Shown: piece after piece, positions 11,301-26,251 of the stretch | Position numbering within the stretch: the stretch's first letter is position 1 | Layout: each line of letters opens with the position of its first letter | From: Nemertoderma westbladi | Taxonomy: Eukaryota > Animalia > Xenacoelomorpha | Length of the DNA stretch: 48,536 nt | Direction of reading: 5' to 3' | Assembly (NCBI GenBank): GCA_032718475.1 | Contig: JAUCBJ010007327.1 | Location: 1 to 48,536, forward strand | Made by a program: the position numbers and the translations under genes | Notes under the pieces: generated by a model | What the model saw: the letters and a program-made list of their open reading frames with translations, nothing else | What the model was told of the DNA's origin: nothing | The model's database searches: none

Positions 11301-14300
11301 GAAGTGACCGTATAACAAAACTAAAAATTGGAACCTGGAATATAAATGGGGTAGGAAATAAACTAGAAAATAACGATATATTATCTTTTGTTTTACAGTT
11401 CCACCTCATGTGGATAACTGAATGCAAGTGTGGTACAAATATAGAAATTCCAGGTTTCAAAGTAATTAGGAGTTTGTGTTCAAATGGAAAATTTAATAGG
11501 GGTGGGATTATTTTACTAATAAGAAATGATATATATGATTTAATTAGTACTATTGAATGTGACGATGATTATATACTTGTAAAACTCATTGGTATACCGA
11601 ACTGTGTGTTTGTAGGTATGTACATCCCGCCTATCAGCTCGCCGTTTTACCATTGTAATATTTTTGGGAAACTACAAGCATTATTAACGAGAGAAGAACA
11701 ATTAATATATGTATTAGGCGACCTAAATGCACGATATTCAAATCCAACATGTCTAATACCTGAGGGTGAAAATGATTTTGAATATGCAACTGGGTTGGAT
11801 ACCGTAATTAATGACCATGGTCAGAAACTCCTACAGATTTGTAAAGCAGATTTGAGTTTAGGATCTAAACCATTTATGTAGCTTTTGGTGTCATTGGCGG
11901 TTGATTCAGTTTATTCCGCAGTAAAAGGATTTAAGAATGATTCTGTTTTAGATACGTGTGTAGCTTCAATGGGTGCTGAGCGTTGTGTGGTTGATTTGTG
12001 TATATACAATAGACAAAAATGGCCATCTAATCATGCCCCATTGGCAGTAACAATAAATGCCTCGTCAATAATTCAACATGTGGATAAAAGAAGCATGCTA
12101 AGCAGACTAAATGATATTACGGAATACAACCAGCATGATGTCATAAAAAGTAAAAGTGTAAAATTAACCACACGTGGCATCAAGTTCAGCTGTCTGGATC
12201 TTCAAAAACTCAAATCATCCCTATCAATTCCCCCCCCCCCAAGTTATGAGAGTGGAGAAATGTCGATTAATGAACTTGTTTCTGTTGCTGTACATAGTTT
12301 ATACAACATTGCTAAAACGAGTGTGTCAAAAAAACAGAGACAGTGGGATACCCAGTATTCCCGCTTCAAGCGTGTGCTAAAGGCAAACGATCCTAAATTA
12401 ATTTGGTCAGCGATTAATTGGCGTGGAGAAATTTCCCAAACCCCACACCAATCCAACAAACCGACGGAGGACCAATTTAAATTACACTTTGAGAGCTTGC
12501 TAAACCCGAGTGTAAACAATGACACACCCGTTCGCGAGCCATCAGTATATATCCCACTTCTAGATGACCCTATTACTGTTGAAGAGGTTGTGGGTGAAAT
12601 ATCAAAGCTCAAAACAAATAAATCGTATGGTCCCGATGGCATATCACCTGGTATTCTAAAGTCATTATCTAACCAGTGGATTATATTATTAGTTACTATA
12701 TTCAATCTTATATTCTCATCTGCAAACTACCCCCTTGCTTGGACTAAATCGCGACTAGTAATTCTCTTCAAAAGGGGTGTTCGGATGAATTGCGGCAATT
12801 ATCGCGGGATATCAGTGATGGATAGTTTAGCCAAGCTGTATGATCTTATACTGAACTCGAGACTCACTACTTGGTTCAAGCCGCTACCAGAACAGGCCGG
12901 TGGACAAAAGGGCCGCGGTTGCTTGGAGCACATTTTAACTCTACGGTTGCTGATGTCATCTGCCTTGAGAGTAAGGGGTCGTTGTCTTTACATTATCTTC
13001 GTAGATTTTGAGAAAGCCTACGATAAGGTAGTCAGAAATAAATTTCTAGAACTATTATGTGAGATGGGTTGTGGTAAGACCATGTTCAATGCGTTGCAAT
13101 CGATCTACAAGAATACAACTAATATACTAGGTAACACGCAGATTGACTCGTCTATTGGGATGAAACAAGGAGCGCCCACTAGTATTTTCGGGTTCACATC
13201 ATACACAAACCCTCTTGTCCAATTACTTAATACCTTACCGTTGAACGGATGGTTGGGGGTCCTTCGGGTTCTCCTTTTGATGGACGATGCTGCAATGGTG
13301 GCGACCACGCATGAGATGGCATCGAAACAACTAACAGTACTAAACAATTATTGCAAGGAGTTTGGAATGATAATAAACTTAAAAAAGACAAAATATATGT
13401 TAGTTACTGGCACACGGAATGTGGACAGATGTGATCTCGTCAGCTCTGATGGTTCTCTTGTTGTAAAAAATGTGGAATCTTATGTGTATTTAGGTACAGT
13501 TTTTCGCCAAGATGCGTCATTGACTAGATCTATATCAGACCAGATGAAGTTGAAAATACCGCATCAGTTGAAATTTAGCCAATTCCTTCTGCGCAACCCA
13601 GATATGCCTTTCACCATGAAATACAAGGTGTTTGATGCAGCATTGATGTCGAGCATCTTATACTCCTGCGAATCGTGGTTCGATGCTTCACTAATTTCTG
13701 TAAATAAACTGTACATGTCGTTGGTAAAACAACTGTTAGGCGTGAGAAGTACTGCTCCAAATCTACCATGTTTAATTGAGTTAAACTTACCCCCGTTGGA
13801 GTATATGGTAAAGTCAAAACAACAACGATTATTTAAATCGCTAATTCACAACCTAAATACAGATATTCCACTATACAAGGCACTCGCGATAGCACGGGAA
13901 TCAAAGAGCAAACACGCAGACCTCATCGATTCCTTCTTTGGCCGGCATCCTTTAAACTTCGAGGAAAAAGGGATGAAATTGATTAAATTTAAGTTGAATA
14001 GCTGTAGTATTGACGCGACAAAATTGTTACTGTACAAAACGATAAACGAAAATTTAATAACCCCAAAATTCTATGGCGAATGCGCAAACGACGCATACAG
14101 GAAAGCGTGGTCTAGACTGAGGATTGGAAGTCACAATCTTCCGGTCGAAAAAATGCGATGGGCAAAGGTCCCTAAAACGGACCGATATTGCGTGTGTGGA
14201 TCGAATTGTAATAACGAACACCATATTTTCATAGAGTGTCCACTGCTGGCGAATGTACGGGAACAATTTTTCAAAACAAACATACCAACGTCACTCAAGG

Positions 14301-14380
14301 ACCTTTTTGAAATATGTGACCAGTCCGTGGTGGCGAAGTACATTTTTAAGGTATTCGTTTTGGTGGAGAATGATTGGTAA
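11291..14380 (+). pseudogene. LINE ORF2 (AP endonuclease, reverse transcriptase, C-terminal Cys/His motif) with a stop/garbled patch at ~11850-11935
   Basis: GTWNING, ITE, GMYIPP, LGDLNAR, SNHAP; NYRGIS, FVDFEKAYD, GMKQGAP, LMDD, YLG; RLRIGSHNL..RYCVC..EHHIFIEC. Confidence 0.92.
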
Positions 14381-14706
14381 TTGAAATGAAGTTGACAAGA
14401 TGTTGATGAGAGGGATATGGTAACTTAAGCTTGCTGAAATGTAATGTTTTGACATTGTGTAAGAATTTAGTTAGTACATTATGTCTATTGAGCTTGTATC
14501 GAAATTGAAATTTGTATTATTTGTTTCATTGAATTGTTTTGAGTATGAATTTAGTTAGAATTAATTTAGTATTGAACATGTATCGAAATTGAAATGTGTA
14601 ATATTTGTTTTATTGTATTGAAATTGTGTAGTATTTTGGACTGTATTATTTGTATATTATGTACTGTTATACGGTCAATAAACTATCTATCTATCTATCT
14701 ATCTAT

Positions 14707-15305
14707 AACAACAAAGGTCAGGACTATTAGCGAATACTTTTATAACAACAAAGGTCAGGACTATTAGCGAATACTTTTATAACAACAAAGGCGCTCAGGA
14801 CTATTAGCTAATACTTTTATAACAACAAAGGTCAGGACTATTAGCTAATACTTTTATAACAACAAAGGTCAGGACTATTAGCTAATACTTTTATAACAAC
14901 AAAGGTCAGGACTATTAGCTAATACTTTTATAACAACAAAGGTCAGGACTATTAGCTAATACTTTTATAACAACAAAGGTCAGGACTATTAGCGAATACT
15001 TTTATAACAACAAAGGTCAGGACTATTAGCGAATACTTTTATAACAACAAAGGTCAGGACTATTAGCTAATACTTTTATAACAACAAAGGTCAGGACTAT
15101 TAGCAAATACTTTTATAACAACAAAGGTCAGGACTATTAGCTAATACTTTTATAACAACAAAGGTCAGGACTATTAGCTAATACTTTTATAACAACAAAG
15201 GTCAGGACTATTAGCTAATACTTTTATAACAACAAAGGTCAGGACTATTAGCTAATACTTTTATAACAACAAAGGTCAGGACTATTAGCTAATACTTTTA
15301 TAACA
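14707..15305. repeat. 37-bp minisatellite, right part (~16 units)
   Basis: Same unit as 9801-10200; variants gcgaat and gcaaat, plus one small insertion near 14791. Confidence 0.97.
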
Positions 15306-15525
15306 TATGCTAATGAATGACAGTTCAAAACCAAATATTTATTGGAACAGCATGTTAATGACGTATATTTCACTACAAATAACTTAATCAGATTAAAGTG
15401 GCACATCAGTTATAACGGCCTATCTATGCCCGCGAACTCATACTCATAATCTACCGTAACCCTTTTCTAACACATACTACTATTATTATAATGAGCCATA
15501 TAATATTTTAAGTTAATTAATTATT

Positions 15526-16737
15526 ATGGGTTTATGTTTTCGTTTATTCCTATTAGCCATCACCGCGTTTGTGGTAGTTTTCGCTTATTGGATATTCGAA
15601 CCAATGCCAGATGGGTTGGAAGATCCATGGACCATAAGATTATATATGAAAGTAGCCGAGGTTGCTCGTTATTTCGTCAAACACAAAGCGAACAATGCTT
15701 CTGAGGCTATAGAACTCGAACGTTACGTCGCTAGTATTTTAGGTGGTGGTCTATTATATCAATCAGAAAATATAAAGACTTCTACTGAATTTTTTGATAA
15801 AGTGAAGGTGAAGGTTTATGAACCTCTTCCAAATGATGGGTCCATTCGCTCTGCTTTAATTTTCATTCACGGCGGGGGCTGGGTCTTCGGGGATATCCCG
15901 ATGTACGACAATATATGCGGATACACGTGCGAAACCAGCCAATCAGTGGTGGTTTCAATAGAATACCGATTGGCACCTGAACACGTATTCCCTGCTGGGT
16001 TCAACGACTGTTACCTAGCAACTAGGTACTTTCTATCCACGGCGCACCGGCGGTTCAACGTAGACCCAACTCGTATCGGTATATCCGGGGACAGCGCCGG
16101 TGGTAACCTAGCAGCAGCGGTCGCAGCCAAACTCCGCACGAACCAACCCAATTACGAGCCTCGACTCAAAATGCAGATATTAGTTTATCCTCTCCTACAA
16201 TCGTTTAACTTCCTCACCCCTTCCAGAATAATTTACGATGAGAAGTATCTTCTCACTATTGTCCCAAATAAATTATTGGCCTTTGTCGCTTCCAACTACC
16301 TTTTCGGTGACTCTGATCACATCCCTGTGTTGCTTCGCAACGGCCACACCAGCAGACACTATAAGGAGTCCCGTTACGGACAGTGGGTCAGCGACGCTCT
16401 CATCCCCGACTCTCTGAGACCATCCCCATGGCAACCGCCGGTATCCGACGACGCCGATGAGGAGACCGCCAAGGTCTACGACGAGCTACTCAACCCCGAT
16501 ATATCCCCCCTGATGAACGACAATCTCGAAGGATTGCCCCGCACCGTCCTACTGAGTTGCGAGTACGACACTCTCAGGGACGACTCCTACTTCTACTACC
16601 TTAGACTACTTGAGTCCGGAGTTCAAGTCACTCACCATAACGACCTATGTTTCCACGCCGCTCTCAATATGGCCCCTATTTCATCATCGTCTAATATTCT
16701 ACGGGAGCGTTTTGTGGATTATGTTAAGATATTGTAG
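15526..16737 (+). CDS. Arylacetamide deacetylase / neutral cholesterol ester hydrolase 1-like alpha/beta hydrolase (HSL/GDXG family), intronless
   Basis: N-terminal hydrophobic anchor, HGGG oxyanion motif, EYRLAPEH, GDSAGG nucleophile, acid in EYDTLRDD, His in CFHA; 403 aa intact. Confidence 0.95.
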   Translation: MGLCFRLFLLAITAFVVVFAYWIFEPMPDGLEDPWTIRLYMKVAEVARYFVKHKANNASEAIELERYVASILGGGLLYQSENIKTSTEFFDKVKVKVYEPLPNDGSIRSALIFIHGGGWVFGDIPMYDNICGYTCETSQSVVVSIEYRLAPEHVFPAGFNDCYLATRYFLSTAHRRFNVDPTRIGISGDSAGGNLAAAVAAKLRTNQPNYEPRLKMQILVYPLLQSFNFLTPSRIIYDEKYLLTIVPNKLLAFVASNYLFGDSDHIPVLLRNGHTSRHYKESRYGQWVSDALIPDSLRPSPWQPPVSDDADEETAKVYDELLNPDISPLMNDNLEGLPRTVLLSCEYDTLRDDSYFYYLRLLESGVQVTHHNDLCFHAALNMAPISSSSNILRERFVDYVKIL

Positions 16738-18485
16738 TAATTCAAATCTAGTTAGTTTTCTATTATTAATTTTGCAATTATCATAATAAATAATTACTAC
16801 AGTAGGCCTACTGTATATTTGTGATGTTATACTAAAAGTATGAATATTACACAAAAACCATGGCTTTAAATGTAACGGCTTATTTGTTAATAAATATTGG
16901 AATATTGCAAACAATATGCTTTCCGGTAGCTTTTTAAAGAAACAAACCAGCAAATACCTGAGTAAAAATTCAACTTTCACTTTTTTTCACATTTATTAAA
17001 ATCGACAAACTAAAAAATACGAAATGCAATCAATTCGCCTTGAGTATAAAAAGCCCCGCCCCTCAACTCTAAGGCCGCTGCGCCACTTTGAAGTTGTATA
17101 GGCGATCTTTTACTTTTTATTCGCTCAGCGAAGATCCTCAGGATCTATTAGCCTGTGGAGCCAATAAGCCGTCAGAGAAAACCACAAAGGGGGCGAAGTC
17201 TGCTATCTTCTGTATTGCTACTTCTGCGTAGAGAGTGGTCGTCGCACCGTCATTGGGGGGCGCCCCGCATGTGGCGCGTCGTCAAGGTTATTTGTTATTT
17301 GTTAATGGATTGACTTGATTGTGTGACAATATAACAATATTTCATATTTTGACTTCATATCTATTGTGGCCATTATAAGTTTTTATCATGTGTTAAAAGG
17401 AGATAATAAGTTCGATATTAGTTGGATGTTTGTTTTACTTTTGCACATGGCCATTTAATTAAATACAAATTTAAAAAATAATCAAATATATATAAAGAAT
17501 AATATATTCAGAGGAATGTATACTGACGAATATATTCAGAGGAATGTATACAATTTTATTTAATAGTTTAAACAGTAAATTTAATATTTTGATATTCATT
17601 GTAATAAATATTATAATATTCTATTTTATTTATTACATTTTAAAATTCATCACTACAGTATTTTTAAAGTCGTTAATTTTAATCGCGAATGAAAGTAATT
17701 CAGCCTTGACAATATGTTTTACTGTAGGCCTATTCAGTATTTCGTGTTTTGTTATATATTATATATTTAATAATTGTTATTTGAATCAATATTTATAACT
17801 TTAGTGCTCTGCAGTAAGTTCTGGATGAAGTTTTTGTTCTAATTGGCCGAGATTTAGTTACAATTACTTTGCGATTTACCTGAACTAAATTATATACATA
17901 ATCCTAGTGTATACCGTAACATTTGTAAAAGAAACGTAAACAATGCAATAAGCCCACTGAAAGCCGTACTGCCGATATTATTCACTTTTAGATCCATATT
18001 ACCTCCGCATATCTAAGACATCTGAATTAAAATTGCCATTGATTATTAGCGAATTCTAAAAGATGAAATTTAATTTTATTCAGAAAAGTATATAATTCAA
18101 TAATTAATTAATGTTAGAGGTGATTGTTGTCCCAGGTGGATATCGTAGTTTAAAACATTTAAATTATTAATTTATTATTTATTTAATATTAACATTAAAT
18201 ATTTAAAATTATTACGTTATGAATAAAATAAAACGAAACGACGTCAAAATAAAACGTTATGTAAAATTATTAAATGAAGGGGAATATACTCTACTACTCT
18301 ACTACACAGTACTGTAGTAGGATTGAATTAAATTAAAATAAGAAATTAAACAAATTAATATTATGGTAACACTACAAAGTAAATTCTGGAATATAATTAA
18401 AGTTAAACAAATATTCTAATTTAGATTGATGAATTGATTATAAATTGATTATAATTTTAATTCGAATTAACTAAATTAACTAAAT

Positions 18486-18719
18486 ATGGAAGATCAAGGG
18501 ACGCATTTCTATAAAGCAGTGAAGGAGGCTAAAGAGGAGGGTAGAAGACAGGGAAGAAGAAAGGGGTATAGAGAGGGAGAGAAAAACGGATGGGTAAAAG
18601 GCGTGGCGAAGGGGAGAGAATTGGGGTTACAGGACGGATTCAAGATTGGGGGAAGACAGGGACGGAAGGAAGGTAAATCGATAGAGAGGAAGAGGATCAA
18701 TAAACAAATTAATGGATAG
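18486..18719 (+). CDS. Putative 77-aa glycine-zipper (GX3 repeat) microprotein
   Basis: ATG-initiated purine-rich ORF within very AT-rich DNA; Gly every 4th residue from 19 to 63; a paralog next door keeps the pattern. Confidence 0.55.
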   Translation: MEDQGTHFYKAVKEAKEEGRRQGRRKGYREGEKNGWVKGVAKGRELGLQDGFKIGGRQGRKEGKSIERKRINKQING

Positions 18720-18936
18720 ACTATTAATCTAATGTAATGTAACTATTAATATCTCGTAAGACTCGTAATTAAATTGTAATTTTCTATTTTCTATTTGTAA
18801 TTTGTAAATTAAATCGTAATAAAATAAGAAATTAAACAAATTAATATTATGGTAACACTACAAAGTAAATTCTGGAATATAATTAAACTAACTGACAAAA
18901 ATTGTAATTTAGATTGTAATTGATTGTTAAATTAAA

Positions 18937-19163
18937 ATGGATTAAAATGGAATGAATTCAATCGGGCGATCAAGGAAGCAAAAGAACAGGGTATCAAACA
19001 AGGAAGGGCTAAGGGACATAGGGAAGGACAGGGAAGGTTGGTTAAAAGGCATGGCGGAGGGAAGAAAATTGGGGTTGGAAGATGGAATAAAGATTGGCAG
19101 GCGACAGGGGATGAAGGTCGAGAGAAAGAAAGGAAGAGGATCAATAAACAAATAAATAGATAG
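18937..19163 (+). pseudogene. Frameshifted paralog of the GX3 microprotein
   Basis: FNRAIKEAKEQGIKQGRAKGHREGQG / GWLKGMAEGRKLGLEDGIKIGRRQG split across two frames, with an early TAA; upstream block duplicated at ~18335 and ~18821. Confidence 0.6.
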
Positions 19164-19436
19164 ACTCTTAATCGTAATTAAATGTACCGGTATTTAAATG
19201 TAATTATGTAATGTTAAATAAATGTAATTATAAATGTAAATAATATATAAATAAACTATAATATATAAATAAACTATAATATATAAATAAACTATATATA
19301 ACTACATAATATATATAAATAAATAATCGCAGCAAATAAGTAAATTAGTTAATTAGTTATTTAATTTAAAGTGTCTGTTTTAATTAATGTTAGGTTACTT
19401 TATATTAAGTTTATTAATTAATTTTTAATTCGTCGC

Positions 19437-21635
<2,199 letters not shown>

Positions 21636-21734
21636 TGTAGTGTTGCTTGAGCGTCGAAATACAAAGTTAATTGGAAAACAAAAATAAAAAGCACTAAAAA
21701 TTACTCAATTTGTTTTCTAGGAACAAATAAGGAG

Positions 21735-21770
21735 AATGTCAGTTACTGCAACCGTTTTTCCTTATATATG
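21735..21770 (-). promoter_or_regulatory. Candidate TATA-box core promoter of alpha-tubulin
   Basis: TATATAA on the minus strand at 21768-21762, about 130 nt upstream of the ATG. Confidence 0.35.
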
Positions 21771-22145
21771 CTTTGGAATTCCAGAACGCGACATTTTACA
21801 CAATATCCGTGGATACACTCGCTCTGAATACATAAATAAATTCCATCTTTAATCAGTGGTGTTGTAAATTTTTAACACATAATATTAATCGTATTGTAAA
21901 GATTATATTAGTTTTAATATCAATATGGGTATCAATATTATTAGACTTCAGTTCTCAGTCTGTTCGTTATTATTAAGAGACACAGGCTTCACTGCTGTGG
22001 GAAAATATCACACATTTTTGGTTTATGTGTATTGCCAAAACCCGATCAGCCTAAATACGGAACCCGTTATAACTGATACGAATATTATACGCGAAATGTT
22101 CCGTATCACATTGCTTATTATAGGTCAAGCAAGGCAATCCTTGAT

Positions 22146-22725
<580 letters not shown>

Positions 22726-23023
22726 CTTAGATATCCCCCTGGGATCACGATTATCCGTAATTATGGTATGTAACAAGGTTTCGGAAAGCTGTTTTTTCGA
22801 GGTATTATTATAGGCCTAGATTTTGTTATAGGAACTGTTCTAGGGGTCCTAACCTCGAATGATATGTTTAATTTACCGAAAATATCTTTTATCATTTTTA
22901 TTGGCGCTTGCCTTCATAGGAGTGATCCCATCACATGCGTAAGCCTACTTCTCTCAAATCTATCCAAACCATGTACGCTTTTCGACTTTACTAGATTTCA
23001 TCAGCATTATTATTCTATGAGTT

Positions 23024-23194
23024 GTGATGCGGAAATCTGATGTGACATCACCGGTTATGTAATATATTCCGTTAAAATTGGAATCCAATATTTCACGTCG
23101 AGATGTACAGAATGAGTTTCGTTGAGAAATGGTTGTAATATTGCCATTCAAGATTTTCACGGACGCTTCTGCGCTGGACGCCTATTATCTTCTA
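23024..23194. repeat. Dispersed repeat, copy 2 (see 6393-6536)
   Basis: Near identity to 6393-6536 with two small insertions. Confidence 0.75.
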
Positions 23195-24332
23195 GCAAGT
23201 CGTCAATTACTTTTACAGCCTTGAGCAATTATTGAGAATTCGTGCAAACATATTAAGAAAACTTCCAACAAATCTTTATGATGAATAGAAAAATTGGGTT
23301 GATGATTTAGAATAATCCTTGGATTCATTGATTAGCAACTGTGTGAAAATATTCATTAAGCCTAATTTTGTTGGACTTGGACTGTCAAGTCGACATTGTT
23401 GTTTTATGTTTTACTTTTCTAATAGAATTGATAAAGTATTGATTTTTCATAACTATACACCTGAGGGAATTACGGTGAATGTAGTGTCCTTTTCTTTCAA
23501 TGATGTGCGTCATTTTGATACAGCATGTGAACTTATCGGCGACTAGAATGTTTAATTAAATAATAACTTTAACTGTAATTCTTACGAAATATTGATGAAA
23601 TTAATATCCAATACAACTAATTATTGCAATTGTACAGTAAACATTCTTAAACATAGGGGCCTACAGTACCAAACAATGGCTATCATACCGTGTACGGTAC
23701 GCAAAAAGCCAATTGGAGTATCGTTACAGTCTTCTCATAGGGTTAATGTTAAATTAATATTGAAAAAGTAGTGCCTAGAAATAAAAATTTTACTGTAAAC
23801 TGTTCTCCTAAATTTAGTTTACTGTTTTGGTTAGAAAATCATGCCATTAACATGCAACTTTCCTTTAAAAGGTACCTTTAATGGTGAATATGTCGAATGT
23901 CGAAAGTAAATATTCGCAAAATTAAGTTAATATGTTAAAATAGACTGAAACGACACCCCAATTGGTAATATGCGTACGGTACTTTGTTCAAAAATCGACG
24001 TTTGCGAACATTGTTCCCAAGAACAGGATGTGTTAACCTGTCTTGAAAAGACGCCAATAATTTTACTAAGCGTGCATGTGTCATGGCGACCACGTTAATA
24101 ACTATGTACAAAATAATAATTCATATTCAAGGACCAAGTATGTCGAGGCTTTTACAGGCGGGCTGGCAATCCACTAACGATCGTCACCAGACGCTAACTC
24201 AAGATCTGCTAAAAGTAGGTTCGTTTATATAGTTCGGCGAACACTATCAGATGCCCCGGGATACCTGCCACATGGCAGGAGTGCTCACGTATATGTTTGG
24301 TATATATATTATATTGTTTAATGTAATAACAT

Positions 24333-26251
24333 CCCCGTAGGAATTTTATATATGACTGAACTACCCCACAATAGATGTTTAGTACAGATATGGGACATTA
24401 TAAAAAATGTGGGTAGACTTCACCAAATGGTTGCGCTCGTTTTTTAGGGGATCTTAAACATAGCAACGGAGAAAATTGCCATAGCAACAGCTCTTATAGT
24501 AGATATGACGAGTTAAAATTTATGAAAGATTAATAATTTTGATATGAAGAATTTAATGGTATATTTGGTTTTTTGAAAACACCATGGCAACCAAGTGAAA
24601 ACGACCTTCAAAGTTAGCAGCATTGACAATGTACTTAGCTACGGGCTTTAAACGGGCGTAAGGCATTTGTAGTGGTCGTAGCGTCATCGGAACAGAGTCG
24701 ATCACCAATATATCAAGTCTAAGGAACAATATGCACTACTTTCTTGCTTGCAGTTGACATGGCAACGGGTAACTTTGGCTAGAAACGCGCTATATAAGAT
24801 ATATTAGCCGTAGCGTCATTAAATCAACCTCCACCCCCACTATATCGAGTATAAGGAAAAATATACAATATGTTTCAGTTTCTAGATGCCATGGCAACTT
24901 GTCAGAATAGTTATCAAAGAGTTTTTCATTTTCATATCACTTAGCTGTTTTAACTACATAAAAGAGCGCATTTTGAAAGATAAATGAGGTTTGCATGATA
25001 CGTATACTTAGAGATATTACATTTGTCATCACTTTATGCCCTATAACATTCTTAAATAAATGAAATTACATTGTGTTAAGAATTTTAATTACGACAGTAA
25101 TCAGTGCACACCGTTAGGCCTACAAGAACAAGAACAGTGCGCATGCCAGCCGCTAGGAGGCTACAGTGTAAACATTAAATGTCCTTCCATTTCTTTGCTT
25201 TTATTCCGTTCAAGGTAAAACTTGGCAAATATGTACTAGACGATTAGATGTACATATATTTCAAGGGAGGATAATCTGTCTGCAGTTCTCAAGTCTACCG
25301 CTAGATGGAGAAATGTCAAATACATATATATAAAAGAGCGCATTCGAATTTATAAGGTTCTTTCAAACAATACGTGTTAACATATAAGAGAGGTTGATAT
25401 GTTATGTATGCCACATGCTTCCTATAGCGGCAGACTGGAGAACTATTGGCCGATCAACCTCCTCACAAAGTCGCAACATCTGGTCAAGTATATATATATA
25501 TTTACCTTTAACGGAATAAAAGCAAATAAATGGAAGGACATTTAATGTTTACACATGCAGCCCCATAGCGGCTGGCATGCGCACTGTTCTTGTTCTAGTA
25601 GGCCTAACGGTGTTATGTGCACTGATTAATGTCTTAATTACAATTCTTAGCGCAATGTAATTTCATTTATTTAAGAATGTTATAGGGCATAAAGTGATGA
25701 CAAATGTAATATCTCTAAATATCGATAATATCGAAATATCTCTAAATCTCGATATAGTGGGGGTGGAGGTTGATTTAATGACGCTACGGCTAATATCTTA
25801 TATAGCGCGTTTCTAGCCAAAGTTACCCGTTGCCATGGCAACTGCAAGCAAGAAAGTAGTTCATATTGTTCCTTAGACTTGATATATTGGTGGTAGACTC
25901 TGATACGATGACGCTACGATCACTGCATATGCATTACGCCTGTTTAAAGCCCGTTGCTAAGGATAATGCTAACTTTGAAGGTCGTTTTCACTTGGTTGCT
26001 ATGGTATTTTCAAAAAACTAAATATGCCATTAAATTCTTCATATCCAAATTACTAATCTTTCATAAATTTTAACTCGTCATATCTACTATAAGAGCTGTT
26101 GCTATGGCAATTTTCTCAGTTGCTATGTTTAAGATCCCCTAAAAAACGAGCGCAACCATTTGGTGAAGTCTACCCACATTTTTATAATGTCCCATATCTG
26201 TACTAAACATCTATGTAGGGTAGCTGAGTCATATATAAAATTCCTACGGGG
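24333..26251. mobile_element. 1.9-kb foldback / non-autonomous DNA transposon with very long inverted arms
   Basis: Begins ccccgtaggaattttatatatgact and ends agtcatatataaaattcctacgggg; arms ~24333-25305 and ~25420-26251 are reverse-complementary with indels; no ORF; no clear TSD. Confidence 0.9.

Larger units (their letters stand above)
10201..14706 (+). mobile_element. Near full-length, 5'-truncated non-LTR retrotransposon (RTEX-like; ORF1 + APE-RT-Cys/His ORF2; (CTAT)n tail)
   Basis: ORF1 is open up to the 5' junction; ORF2 has APE and RT motifs; AATAAA followed by (CTAT)n at 14677-14706; candidate TSD TATAAC at 10195-10200 and 14704-14709. Confidence 0.93.

Noticed and set aside
10935-11881. 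In-frame stops in the LINE as programmed readthrough or recoding
   Set aside because: They are TAA and TAG, and the second lies in a garbled patch; mutation or sequencing error is simpler
9801-15305. 37-bp repeats next to an RT gene as a CRISPR or retron-like array
   Set aside because: Units are contiguous with no unique spacers, the RT is a eukaryotic APE-type LINE, and there are no cas genes
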